Below are positions 25,735 to 39,041 of a DNA stretch of 64,000 nt, piece after piece (the stretch's first letter is position 1; the number at the start of each line of letters is the position of its first letter). Where the stretch lies: the NCBI RefSeq assembly GCF_006345805.1, contig NC_043002.1:66092001-66156000 (forward strand), given 5' to 3'. The position numbers and the translations under genes were made by a program. Below the pieces are notes generated by a model, which saw only the letters and a program-made list of their open reading frames with translations, made no database searches and had not been told where the DNA came from. This stretch comes from Octopus sinensis. Lineage: Eukaryota.

Positions 25735-26095
25735 TCATCATCATTGCTTAACATCCACCTCCTATGTTGGCATGGGTGGGACGGTTTGACAGGAGCCTGC
25801 CAAGCAGAAGCTTACACTAAAACTCTGTAACTGTTCTGGCAGGATTTTACAGCTGAATGCCTTTCCTAACACCAAGCACCCAGCAGAATGGACTTAGTAC
25901 TTTTTATGTGGTACAAGCACAGGCAAGGTCAGTTTTGACAAGGTTTTTACAGCTGGGTGCCCTTCCTTACACCGACCACTCAGCAGAGTGGACTTAATAT
26001 TTTTCATGTGCTACAAGCACAGGCAAGGTCAGTTTTGACAAGGTTTTTACAGCTGGATGCCCTTCCTTGCACCAGCCACTCAGCAGAGTGGATTA
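25735..26095 (-). repeat. RTE-tail-derived ~110-bp tandem repeat (3 units)
   Basis: tttttacagctg..tgcc.ttcct...acc...cac.cagcaga.tgga repeated three times. Confidence 0.75.
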
Positions 26096-27113
26096 ACAGT
26101 AACTTCTAGCTCATCCTAATGTCGCGACAACATCAACAGGCAGCCACAAGTTTCTGCCAGTATTTTCACCTCAAGCCATATTTTTGGCCCCCCAAAAATA
26201 GCAATTTTCTTTTTCCATGACATCAATTACAATAAAACTATATCTTTCATCTTTTTGTTTCTTTAAGTCATTAGACTGCCACCACGCTACGACACTTTTA
26301 GTTGAATGATTCAACTTATTTTTTATTAAGCCTGGTACCTAGTCTGTCTGACTCTTTTGTTGAACCACTAGGTTATGGGGATGTAAACACACCAACACTG
26401 ATTGTCAAAGCACTGGTGGGGAATTAACACAAACACAAAGACGCACACAAATGCATGCCCACACACACACACACACACACACAAACACTCACAAATGCAT
26501 GCACAGACACACACACACAAACACATGCACACACACACATACACACACACACAAACACACACACACACACACACACATGTATATACAATAGGCTTCTCTC
26601 AGCTTTTGTCTACCAAATCCACTCACAAGGCTTTGGTCAGTTTGAGGCTATAGTAGAAGACACTTGTCCAAAGTGTCATGTGGTGGGACTGAACCTGGAA
26701 CCATGTGATAGGGAAACAAACCTCTTACAGCATAACTCTGCCTTGACTATTTCTTTGTGAAATAAAACAAAAGCACTCTGGAAAGCAGCATTGTTAAGGC
26801 CATCTGCCAGTTGGTGGTGATTCGTAATAGTGGCAATGATTTGTAACAGAATATCAACTATTTTGAGATTGTTTTTCAACTCTCGTACTCTTTCTGCTCA
26901 TGCTCAGTGGAGACCACATTCTTCCTTGTTAGTTTCTTGTTCAACAAGGATTCATGTTATCATCATCATCATCATCATCAGTCAGGTGTGTATGTGTGTG
27001 TATACACGTGCGCACACACACACACACATACACACACATATATTAATGACCGTTTTATTTTATTTTGGTGCCTTTTATTTTCCAACAAATTTAGAATAAA
27101 AAAAACATTTGTT

Positions 27114-27510
27114 AACTAAAAAAGCACACGGAGATCGCAGATCTCTGCCAAGCAGCTCATTTTAAGATAGATGCGTGAGTAAAATTACTAATAGAGAAAC
27201 GAAAATAAACTTTGGAAACAGCAAAGCCACCATAGGTTACGTGGAAACGATGAATGTGTTTTGAAGGGAGACAAAGAACGTAACATTGTAATACTTCAAG
27301 TAAAGTAAATATAACAAATGAAAAATCCTTTAACAGTCCATAAAAATTCCTGGATCACTACCAGAATTTCATCATCTGTTCCTTGTGTCATTACCAACTT
27401 TTTCTGCAAGTTTCATCAAATACCGTTCACAACTTTTTGACTTCTTTTGCATACTGACGGACAAACCAATGCTGATGAAAACATAACCTCCTTCCTTGGC
27501 AGAGGTAATT
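27114..27510. mobile_element. Helentron/HINE-like non-autonomous element
   Basis: Subterminal inverted repeats ctctgccaag / cttggcagag, terminal hairpin acctccttccttggcagaggt, start aactaaaaagcac. Confidence 0.5.
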
Positions 27511-27529
27511 ATACAGCCACTCAATATAT

Positions 27530-28035
27530 CATCATCATCATCATCGTTTAACGTCCGTTTTCTATGCTAGCATGGGTTGGACGGTTCGACTGGGGTCTGG
27601 GAAGCCAGGAGGCTGCACCAGGCTCCAGTCTGATCTGGCAGTATTTCTACAGCTGATGCCCTTCCTAATGCCAACCACTCTGTGAGTGTAGTGGGTACTT
27701 TTAAGTGCCACTGGCACAGGGGCCAGAGGAGGCTGGCAATGGCCACGATTGGTTGGTGCCTTTTATGTGCCACCGGCACAGATGCTAGTCTAGGCAACGC
27801 TGGCATTGGCCATGTTCAGATGGTGCTTTTTACATACCACCGGCACAGGTATCACAACTACAATTTCCATATGATTTTAATTTTGATGTTGATGTACTTG
27901 ACTCAATAGGTCTCCTCAAGCACAGCAGGTCACCCTACGATCCAAGGTAAGCACAGCAGGCCATCCTGCAAGCCATGAACCCACTTCATTTGTCAGGTCT
28001 TCGCAGTTACAGCATATCTTCAGAGGTCTCAGTCT
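27530..28035 (-). mobile_element. RTE 3' end
   Basis: Matches 20651-21310, including the ORF C-terminal end (agaggtctc). Confidence 0.85.
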
Positions 28036-28074
28036 TTTGATATATATACATATATATTATTAAAAAAAAATGTG

Positions 28075-28400
28075 AAGGCACGTAGCTTAGTGGTTAGGGC
28101 ATTCGGCTCATGAACATAATGGTGTGAGTTCAATTCCTGGCAATGCATTGTGTCCTTGAGGAAGACACTTTATTTCACGTTGCTCCAGTCCAATCAGCTG
28201 GCAAAAATGAGAAGTACTCGTATTTCAAAGGGCCAGCCTTGTCACACTTCATGTCATCCTCTCATGTCTCCCTGAGAACTATGTTAAGGGTACATATGTC
28301 TGTGGAGTGCTCAGCCACTTGCACATTAATTTCATGAGCAAACTATTCCGTTGATCGTATCAGCTGGGATCCTCATCGTTGTAGCTGACAGAGTGCTCCT
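28075..28400 (+). mobile_element. tRNA-derived SINE family C (other copies 35600-35920 -, 44590-44915 -, 56341-56645 +)
   Basis: A box tagcttagtggttag, B box gagttcaattcc, shared body ttgctccagt..a.tcagctggcaaaaatgag...tttcaaagggccagcctt. Confidence 0.85.
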
Positions 28401-28401
28401 A

Positions 28402-28473
28402 TATTCAAAAACAGTTTGATTCAGATTCTGTGCTACTTTAAGTTTCAGAATCTAAATCAAACTGCTTTGAATA
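28402..28473. repeat. 72-nt hairpin
   Basis: tattcaaaaacagtttgattcagattctg / cagaatctaaatcaaactgctttgaata with a 15-nt loop. Confidence 0.8.
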
Positions 28474-28692
28474 ATAATAATACATGTAACTCCTAATAAA
28501 TGTGTTGAGTGCCCTTATCTTTATATATATATATATATATATGCATATGAGAGGGATTACCACTATGTGGACACCCTAATGCTAGAAGCAGATCCACTAG
28601 TTTTTTAATATGCTAGACCACTGGTGTTAAATTGGTGTTATCAAATTAATATCCAATTTTTCACCCTCATTTTAATTTTAAATTTTATATAT

Positions 28693-28988
28693 ATCAGTCT
28701 CTTTTGCCAAAACGCTAAGTTACAGGGATGTAAACACACCAGCATCGGTTGTCAAGCAATGTTGGGGGCAAAACACAGACACACAAGTATTCACACACAC
28801 ACACACATATATATATACATATATATGATCGGCTTCCTTCAGTTTCTGTCTACCAAATCCACTCGCAAGGCTTTGGTCAACCCGAGGCAATACAGAAGAC
28901 AATTGCCCAAGGTGCCACGCAGTGGGACTGAACCTGGAACCATGTGGTTGGTAAGCAAGCTACTTACCACACAGCCACTCCTGCGCCT
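28693..28988 (-). mobile_element. SINE family A
   Basis: Head revcomp taggcgcaggagtggctgtgtggtaag. Confidence 0.9.
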
Positions 28989-29876
28989 ATATATATATTT
29001 GAAAGGTATAATGAATAAATGCTCTAATTGGTCAAAACGACTTTATAACATTCCCATATTATCATAAATTGAACATAAATATTTATTAAAACATTTATGT
29101 TTATATCATTTTAGTTTCATTGCCTTAAATTTTAAGTCACCTTTATTATGCATTAATTTGATTCAAATATATTTCTGCATTTGACTTCACTCGTATTACC
29201 CTTTTAGCTTTTATCACCTTTTATTCATATGTATGTATGTATTTTATAGTCTTGGGTTTTACCATTGGATGCCCTGTTGTTTTAATAAATATTTATGTTC
29301 GATTTATGATAATATTGATATGTTATAAAGTTGCTTCGACCAATTAGAGAGTTTATTCATTATACCTTTCAATTTATTTTTCCTTTTGTCTCAGTGTTAT
29401 ACACATATATATATATATGTGTATGCACACACACACACATATACAAGACAGGCTTCTTTCAGTTTCCATCTACCAAATCCACTCACAAGGCTTTGATTGG
29501 CCCGAGGCTATAGTTGAAGACACTTGCCCAAGGTACCACATAGTGGGACTGAACCCGGAAACATGTGGTTGGTAAGCAAGCTACTTACCACACAGCCACT
29601 CTTGCATCTTTATTTATTTAATTTAAACATCTTTATAAAGCACTGAAATCACTGACTAAAATACAGTTTTCTAATCCCCTACTAATAAAGACTCATCAAT
29701 TGTAAAAAACACAGAACAATTTAAATGTTTTGCTTTTTAAATCTTCTGGTTGCGTCTTTAAATTAAAAGATCTTATCAACATCGGCAGACTCTGAAAATG
29801 TCTTGTATCATTAACATTGGTAATCTTTTGAAATTTCACTTTAATATTTTATCAAACCAAATCTGAAAACTCTTAC

Positions 29877-29912
29877 ATTGAAATGTATAATGCCATGAAG
29901 TCTCTGAATAGT
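29877..29912 (-). other. Candidate 36-nt exon
   Basis: Minus strand ttttatattcttttgcAG ... GTAAGA; all three frames open. Confidence 0.35.
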
Positions 29913-30196
29913 CTGCAAAAGAATATAAAAGTGATTCTATATGGCCTAGTTTTGATAGTAGTAGATAATTAATGACAGATATAAATGTACTTTGTGAATA
30001 TGATTCATATGTAATCAACAAGATCTTTGTTTATCTGTATTATACATTAACATAATAAATTCCATAAGATGCTGTATGACAAAACGGAGGATAAAAGTTT
30101 GATAGTTTATGTGTTTTATGTGTAGAAAATCCTGGTTTCAAGACAGTAACACTATTGTATGGATTTGGATTTAGCAAAGAGTAATATATAATCCGT

Positions 30197-30497
30197 GGAG
30201 GCACATGGCCTAGTGGTTAGAACAGCGGACTCGTGGTCAAGGGACTGTGGGTTCGAATCTCAGATTGGGCAATGTGTGTGTTTATGAGCAAAACACCCAA
30301 GCTCCATGTGGCTCCAGCAGAAGGTAATGGCGAACTTCTGCTGACTCTTTCGCCACAACTTTCTCTCATTCTTTCCTCCTGCATCTTGTAGCGCACCTGC
30401 GACGGACCGGCGTCCCGTCCAGGTGGGGAACCTATATGCCAAGGAAACCGGGAAACCGGCCCTGTGAGCCAGGCATGGCCCAAGAAGGAACAAACAA
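30197..30497 (+). mobile_element. tRNA-derived SINE family D with a V-domain-like core
   Basis: A box tggcctagtggttag, B box gggttcgaatc, core cctgcgacggaccggcgtcccgtccagg similar to the V-SINE central domain. Confidence 0.75.
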
Positions 30498-31488
30498 TAT
30501 ATAATCCAAGTAAGAAGACAAAGGACTTTAGCATGTCTTTAATGGTCAGTTACAACTGTTTCTGTACCAAATCTGCTTTCAACACCAGTTCATGTAAAAG
30601 TCCAAAATAAAAATTTATGTGATATTTGCTGTTTTAAACATTAGATTAGCACTTCCTCAGACCTGCATCAAAGCTGCGCTCATGCTTGCATGAGTCAGAC
30701 AGAGTTTACTGAGGTAGATTTTCTATGACCCAATGCTCTTTGTGTCACCAACCCTCACCTGCTTCCAAGCAAGGTAATATTTCCCCATGGCCAAACATGT
30801 TCTCAGAGAATATGTTCACGACAAGCTTCAACACAGTTTCCATTTACTAGATACACTTACAAGGCATTGGTCAAATTGGAGCTTTAATAAAAGACACTTG
30901 CTCAAGGGGTCATGTAGGGAGACTAAACCCAAAATCACATTGCTGCATAGCAAGCTTGATAACCCCACACAGCCAAGCCCACACCTATAACATATTAAAT
31001 TTGCATTCTTCGATGAAGTAAGAAATTTAGCTCATGTCTGAAATATCAACAATTTCAATAAAGACTACAGTAGTAGTAGTGGTGGTGGCAGCGGCAGTGG
31101 CAGCAGCAGTGGTGCTGCTGCTGATGCTGTTACCACCACCACCACCACCAGCACTGCCACCTCCACCACTGCTGCCGCCACCATCACCAACACCACCACC
31201 ACCACCTCCAACACCACCACCACTACTACTACTGTAAAATTGCTCTAACGACAACAGTTAGAATAGCAAGAATAACCATAACAACAATGTCAACATTAAA
31301 AACAATGAGAATCACAGCAACAGCAACATCAATATTAACAAACTTGATGATTGAATTCATATTAATTTCCTGTCTTGGAAATTTGCTTCACTGTCGACTG
31401 TCCAGAAGTAATTCCTTTGGCATGAAACACCTTGACTGAATGAACTACAGTATATTACTGGTATGCATTGTATTATTGCACAGAACAT

Positions 31489-31550
<62 letters not shown>

Positions 31551-31586
31551 GTTGGTGGATTGATAGATAGACAGGCAGACAGATAA

Positions 31587-31619
<33 letters not shown>

Positions 31620-31620
31620 G

Positions 31621-31659
<39 letters not shown>

Positions 31660-31860
31660 TAGATACATAGATAGACAGACAGATAGATACATAGATAGAC
31701 CGACAGATAGATGGATGGATGGATAGATAGATAGATACTTATATGCATACATGCATGCATACATACATGCATACATACATACATACATACATACATACAT
31801 ACATACATACATACATACATACATACATACATACGTACGTACATACATATATACATACAT
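31489..31860. repeat. Compound (TAGA)n/(CAGA)n/(TACA)n microsatellite
   Basis: Direct reading. Confidence 0.95.
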
Positions 31861-32427
31861 GCACATATTCTTTTATTCTTTTGTTTTAGTCATTTGACTA
31901 TGGCCATGGTAGAGCACTGCCTTTAGTCAAACAAATGGACCACATGACTTATTCTTTGTAAGCCTTGTACTTATTCTATTGGTTCCTTTTGTTCTGCTAA
32001 GTTATGGAACCATAAACACACAAACATTAGTTGTCAAGTGATGGTAGGTAGACAAATGTAGACACACAAATACATACATATATACACACACACACACACA
32101 TACATACATACATACATACATACATACATACATACGTACATACATACATACATACATATATTTCTGTCTACCAATCTCGAGGCTATAGTATATGACACTT
32201 GCCCAAGATGCTATACAGTGGGACTGAACCTTGGACCATGGGGTTGGGAAGCAAGATTCTTATCATACAGCCACTCATAACATGTAAATATACATAAACA
32301 TATACAGCTAAATAGAGGAATTACTATATAAATATATAGGATTTTGGTAAGTGGGCGTTATAATTCTACAATTCTTCTGAAAACTTCATTTGTTTCCTTA
32401 TGGAACATGATAAATTTTCTAACTTAC

Positions 32428-32505
32428 CACTCTGTTTATTTGAAGTCACTTGAAGGTGGCAAGTTTTTGACATGATGTAACCTAAGCATTCATCAATAAA
32501 TGCTG
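32428..32505 (-). other. Candidate 78-nt phase-1 exon
   Basis: tttcAG ... G|GTAAGT; open frame AFIDECLGYIMSKTCHLQVTSNKQS; polypyrimidine tract is weak. Confidence 0.35.
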
Positions 32506-32556
32506 CTGAAACAGCTGTTGTGAATTTTAAACCCAGTTTGTGTTCTTTTATAAATA

Positions 32557-33228
32557 TTCCAGGGAGAAAAACTAGAAGTAGTTGACAGCTTCTGTTACCT
32601 AGGTGACCAAGTCAGTAGTGGGGGAGAGTGCGCTGAAAGTGTAACTCCTAGAATAAGAATAGCTTGGGCGAAGCTCAGAGAGCTCTTACTTCTGCTGGTG
32701 ACAAAGGGCCTCTCAGAGTAAAAGGTAGACTGTATAACGTATGTGTACGAACAGCCACGCTACATGGCAGTGAAACATGGGCCAGTGGAGCATTAAGAGT
32801 AACATCCAAGCATGATCGTTACCAGAGCAGCTGGCTGGCTTCTGTGCCAGTGGCATGTAAAATGCACCATTCAAGCATGATCATTACTAGTGTCGCCTTA
32901 CTGGCACTTATGCCAGTTGCACGTCAAAAAACATTCGAGTGAGGTCATTGTCAGTGCTGCTGGACTGGCTCCTGTGCAGGTGGCACGTGAAAAAACACCA
33001 TTTAAGCATGACCATTGCCAGTACCACCTGACTGGCTCTCGTGCTGGTGGCACGTAAAAGCACCCACTACACTTTCAGAGTGGTTGGCGTTAGGAAGGGC
33101 ATCCATCTGTAGAAACTCCACCAGATCAGACTGGAGCCTGGTGCAGCCATCTGGTTTGCCAGTCCTCAGTCAAATCGTCCAACCCATGCTAGCATGGAAA
33201 GTGAATGTTAAACGATGATGATGATGAT
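32557..33228 (+). mobile_element. Internally deleted RTE fragment (RT C-terminus joined to 3' UTR)
   Basis: FQGEKLEVVDSFCYLGDQVSSGGECAES...LHGSETWA, followed by the 3' UTR and (GAT)n. Confidence 0.9.
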
Positions 33229-33455
33229 CACACACACACACACACACATGCACACACATATTTGCATAGACACACATACATTCATACATACATCCATACA
33301 TACATAACAAAATATATGCATAGGTGGTTGAAGACATAGATAGAAAGACAGTTAACTAGTAAGCCAGCTAGATAGATAGATAGACAAGATTCATAAATAC
33401 ATGCATTCACAGATGACTCAGAACAGATATAGACAACAGAAATAGGTTAACAGAA

Positions 33456-33528
<73 letters not shown>

Positions 33529-33769
33529 TAGATAGATAGATAGATAGATAGACAGAAGGATAAATAACTAGACAGATAATCTAATTAGCAAAATATCTTA
33601 CAAAAGTATATTTTATTGCAACATGGTACATATAATTTCTAAATGTGCATAAATGCCTGAGAAAGCAGCTAAAAAGTATTTACAAACAGAAAGTGGACAA
33701 ACAAGTCATAACCTTGGACTAGACAGAAAATGAAAAGTTAATAACAATAATAATAGTAATCATCATCAG

Positions 33770-33812
<43 letters not shown>

Positions 33813-34387
33813 GTCGTTGATGTTGTCATCGATGTCATCATCATCATCATCATCATTGTTGTCATCGATGTCATTATCATCATCATCATCACCATCATTA
33901 TCATTATTGAGCAAGAGAGCAGCGCATGCAGTCAAAGTGACACTGGGGTACAAATATACAAAGCCCAATACACCTATCATGACTACCCGTCTGGTAAGGG
34001 TACACCAGGCACATGCATTACAATCATATGTGCATGGCATGGTGATCTCATATCAAGATAAACAGTACGTGGCCTTGCAGGTGGGGCTCAATTTGAATTT
34101 TCTTCAGGCCCTTGGCCTAGGAAATTTTTATCCCTATAGCCATTTCCATATCCACTCAGTTCAATTAGAGAAATCAAATTAAATAAAAATTAATTCAAAA
34201 GTTTCAGATTGAAAGTGGTTAATTGGGTATTTCATCAGGAGAGAATTTTCAGAAAGGAGTTACATTCCATTGTGTTGGTTGACCTTTGACAGACTCAGAT
34301 GTGTGTGTTTTTGTAATGCATGTGTTTTAAAAAAAAACCATTATGAGTATATTTATATACTTTTAAACAAATATGTATGAGGGAATG

Positions 34388-35078
34388 CAACCTTTGAAGC
34401 CAACCCTTAAAAACAGATTCAACCACAAATCATATGATTTCATAATTAGTGCACAAAATGCACTCTTTAATCGTCAGTGCAGGCATAATCAAGTCACATA
34501 AAAATAAACAAAATCAACATACCAGACAAACACCAAATGTATCCAACATAGTACATAGAGATATTCACTCTTATATATCTATGTAAGAGGTGGGGGGTTC
34601 AAATTGCATTTCGGTAAATGTGTATATTCAGAATAATTCAGCACTGAATATATTCCCATTAAATTTAAAATTTAAAATAGGATAAAATCTTTATAAGAAT
34701 TTATCAAGTAGTCAGTGTGAAAACCTCATAAGGGAAAAATTTATAATTATTTCCTTTAAATATATTTATTTATATTAAGGGCATTACTACACGTAAATGC
34801 CTCATGCTGTTAGGGACTCTTAAAGTCAAAATGACCATAATAAATGCATAGTGTACTGAATGCGAGGTAATCAACCTTTGAAGCCAATCCTTAAAAACAG
34901 ATTCAGCCACAAATCATATGATTTCATAGTTAGTGTACATAATCCACTTTCTAATCATCAGTGCAGGCATAATCAAGACACATAAAAATAAACAAAATCA
35001 ACATACCACACAAACACCAAATGTATCCAACATAGTACGTAGAGATGTTCACTCTTATATATCTATGTAAGAGGTGGG
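34388..35078. repeat. ~207-bp direct repeat pair with a short inverted copy of the spacer downstream
   Basis: 34388-34594 matches 34872-35078 (caacctttgaagccaa...atgtaagaggtggg); 35092-35118 is a partial reverse complement of 34772-34806. Confidence 0.85.
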
Positions 35079-35498
35079 CTTTTCAAATTGTGTGAGGCAT
35101 TTATGTGCCCTTAATATACATATATAAATATAAATATAAAGGATGAAAGGTAAAGTCAAATTTGAACTCAGAATGGAAAGACAGACGAAATACTGCTAAG
35201 CGCTTCACCTGGCGTGCTAACGTTTCTGCCAGCTCACCGCCTTATTTGAAACCAATATTCTTTTCTACTCTAGTCACAAGGCTCAAAATGTCCGGGGAGG
35301 GAGCCAGTTGATTAAATCAACCCCAGTACACAATTGGTACTTAATTTATCAACCCTGAAAGGATGAAAGGCAAAGTCAACCTCAGCAGAGCAGGTGAATC
35401 ATATTAAAAGTAATCAAACCTGTATAATATTTGGGGTGTGATAGGCATAATTTTCTTATTTTCCTGTTATTTTGGCATTTATATCTATATTCTCATAC

Positions 35499-35540
35499 TT
35501 TCATTAGCATGATCATCATGTACATTTTTCCACAATAGCT
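35499..35540 (-). other. Candidate 42-nt phase-1 exon
   Basis: tttttcccattAG ... A|GTATGA; frame LLWKNVHDDHANE joins in frame to 32428-32505. Confidence 0.3.
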
Positions 35541-35997
35541 CTAATGGGAAAAAATCTAATATTCATACATACAAACCAAAATACTGGAATTATAGCTGGT
35601 ACCCTGTCAGTTACAATGACAAGTATTCCAGGTTCATTCAATCAATGGAACAGCCTGCTCGTGAAATTAATGTGCATGTGGTTGAGCACTCCACAGACAC
35701 ATATACCCTTGACATGGTTCTCTGGGAGATTCAGCTAGACACAGAATGTGATGAGGCTGACCTCTTTGAATTACAAGGACAAGTCATTTTTGCCAGCTTA
35801 ATAGACTAGAACAACAAGAAATGAAATGTCTTGCTTGAAGACACAATGTGCCACCAAGAATTGAACTCATGACCGTACCATTGTGAGCCAAATATCCTAA
35901 CCACTAAACCATGTGCCTTCACTGTACTTATAACAAAGCTTAGTAAAACATCCGCCATCATTATTGACAGCTCAGGTTTTCTAATATACATATACAG

Positions 35998-36868
35998 TAA
36001 GGCAGAGAGCTGGCAGAAATGTTAGCACACCGGGCAAAATACTTAATGATATTTCGTCTGTCTTTACGTTCTACGTTCAAATTCCACCGAGGTCAACTTT
36101 GCCTTTCATCCTTTCAGAGTCGATAGATTAAGTACTAGTTGTGTACTGGGGTCGATGTAATTGACTGGCTCCCTCCCCCAAAATTTCAGGCCTTGTGATT
36201 AGAGTAGAAAAGAATATTGGTTTCAAATAAGGCAGAAATAGCAGAAACATTAGCCCGCCGGGTGAAATGCTTAGCAGTATTTCATCTGTCTTTAAGCTCA
36301 GAGTTCAAATTCAACTGAGGTCGAATTTACCTTTCATCCTTTTGGGGGTTGGTAAATTAAATACCAGTTGCGTACTGAGGTCGATCTAATCGACTGGATC
36401 CCTCCCCCAAAATTTCAGGACTTGTGATTAGAGCAGAAATGAATATTGGTTTCAAATAAGGTGGTGAGCTGGCAGAAACGTTAGCATGCCAAGCGAAATG
36501 CTTAGCGGTTTTTCGTTTGTCTTTCTGTTCTGAGTTCAAATTCTGCTGAGGTTGACTTTGCCTTTTATCCTTTTGGGTTGATTTAATCGACTGGCTCTCT
36601 CCCCCAAAATTTTGGGCCTTGTGACTAGACTAGAAAAGAATATTGGTTTCAAATAAGGCGGTGAGCTGGCAGAAATGTTAGCTTGCCGGGCAAAATGCTT
36701 AGAGGTATTTCATTCGTCTTTACACACTGAGTTCAAATTCCACTGAGGTCAACTTTGCCTTTCATCTGTTTGGTGTCAATAAATTAAGTACCAGTTGAGT
36801 ACTGGGGTCGATCTAATCGACTGGCCCCTTCTCCCATTTCGGGCCTTGTGACTGAGTAAAAAAGAATA
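35998..36868 (+). mobile_element. SINE family B, four head-to-tail copies
   Basis: Unit aaggc...gctggcagaaa.gttagc...aaaagaatattggtttcaaat repeated 4 times. Confidence 0.9.
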
Positions 36869-36876
36869 TACATATA

Positions 36877-37112
36877 CAGTAATCCCTCACCATATCATGG
36901 TTCACCTATTCTGCACTCAATACAACACAGTTCACCTATCATGCACTCTGAACGAAGCAGATTTTTCTGGCTAATAAATGTAAATTTATATCACAAACTC
37001 CCCAGTATATCGTGGGTTTCTGCAGCCAATAGGTATTTATATTTTTTTATATTTTAAATATTTCTGTGGGAGGTTTTGGGACATAACACCTGCAATAGTC
37101 GAGGGATTACTC
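36877..37112. mobile_element. Tigger/pogo-like MITE, 236 bp
   Basis: TA-CAGTAATCCCTC ... GAGGGATTACTC-TA. Confidence 0.8.
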
Positions 37113-37810
37113 TATTATGGATATATGTTCTTTACTTTTTAAAGCGCACAACTTATTGTGGTAGCTACTACTCTTTGTTCACTGGGAATGTGGCCCAACT
37201 ATAGGCAGTTTCTTCAGATATAAAAATAAAGATGCATTGGAGCATATTAGTAGCAAATATATAAATACATAAAACGAAGTATGTTGGTGGTGGAGGAAAA
37301 TGAGTCGTTTGTTAATCTTACAGAAACCAATTAAGATCTGATTGTATTTCTTCACTCGTTTTAATGATTTTTTTAGTCACTGGTCTACAGCCATATTGGG
37401 ATGGTGAACTTAGCTATATTGGTTTTACACTTTGGCACTAAGCCAGTAAGTTTCGAGCAGTGGGTAGGTTGGTTAAATCAACCTTGGTGGATGAAAGGCA
37501 AAGCTGACCTTGGTAAAATTTGAACTCAGAACATAAAAATGGATGGAATACCACTAATCATTTTGCCTGGCATGCTAATGATTCTGCCAGCTTGTCATCT
37601 TCAAGGACTTTGTTATTTTGATTTTAAATTTTGGTACAAGGCCAGCAGTGTGTGGGGTGGGGGTAAGTTGATTAAATTGACTCCACTGCTCAGCTGGAAC
37701 TTATTTTATCGACCCTGAGAGGATGAAAGGCAAAGTAATATTCATCTGACACGGCTTGGGTTATAACCCTATCTACATACTTTAAATGTCAATATATATG
37801 TATGTGTGTA

Positions 37811-37918
<108 letters not shown>

Positions 37919-37937
37919 AATCTAAATGTGTGTATAT

Positions 37938-38140
37938 ACAGGGTGTTCAAAAGTAAGTATTTTCTCAGCAGTAAGTATTTAATGGTTTTCAGGCGATTTA
38001 TGTAAACTGATCCTTTATTTACTCCCCATCAAAAAAAAAAAATGTCTGGCAGTGTTAAATTAGGTGATCTTGGTGGCCAAAGTATCTTTGAAGTAATCTG
38101 TTCACTGAAAAACTCTTGAAGTAGTGCCATGGTGAGGCGA
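37938..38140 (-). pseudogene. Tc1/mariner (rosa-like) transposase remnant
   Basis: TACAGGGTG end; minus-strand LLQEFFSEQITSKILWPPRSPNLTLPD. Confidence 0.65.
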
Positions 38141-38569
38141 AGGATATAAATGTATATATATATATGTATTTACATACATTCGTCCATACATACATGCATG
38201 CTTACATATGTACATACATACTTACATACATACATACACACACATACATACATACATCATACATACATACATACATACATATATACATACATACATACAT
38301 ACATACATACATACATACGTACATACATACATGCATACATACATACTCACATACATATGTACATACATACATGCATACATACCATACATACACACATACA
38401 TACAAAAATACCCTGTTGTTGATGTTGAAATTCCAATGAAGGAACCTTGGATCTAGGTTAGAAACCAGCTCTTTCTATTGGCAAGAAGAAATCTTGAAAT
38501 AAAACTGAACATTGACATACGTACATACATAGATATATATATATATACAGACACACACACACACACACA

Positions 38570-39041
38570 TACACACAACCATACATAAGATAACAATAGC
38601 ATAGACAGTGGTTTGGCACACTAACAAATTGGCTGATATATACATGCATCAAGTAAAGATGTATATTCATATATATGTGTGTGTGTACATATATCTATTG
38701 TATATGCATTTATGTATTTACGTATTTATGTACGCACACACACACACACTCACACACATACAGATATATAAACACACACACATACACACACCACACACAC
38801 ACACATACACACAACCATACATAAGATAACAATAGCATAGACAGTGGTTTGGCACACTAACAAATTGGCTGATATATACATGCATCAAGTAAAGATGTAT
38901 ATTCATATATATGTGTGTGTGTACATATATCTATTGTATATGCATTTATGTATTTACGTATTTATGTACGCACACACACACACACTCACACACATACAGA
39001 TATATAAACACACACACATACACACACACACACACACACAC
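38570..39041. repeat. Near-identical 236-bp tandem duplication
   Basis: Identical text at offset 236 (ORFs at 38608 and 38844 start identically). Confidence 0.9.

Noticed and set aside
30197-30270. tRNA genes at SINE heads
   Set aside because: A/B boxes are present but there is no complete cloverleaf, and each continues into a repeated SINE body.
32428-35540. Resemblance of LWKNVH...FIDECL to the CENP-L C-terminus
   Set aside because: Only a few matching residues, recalled from memory; no upstream CENP-L motifs found, so no gene symbol was assigned.
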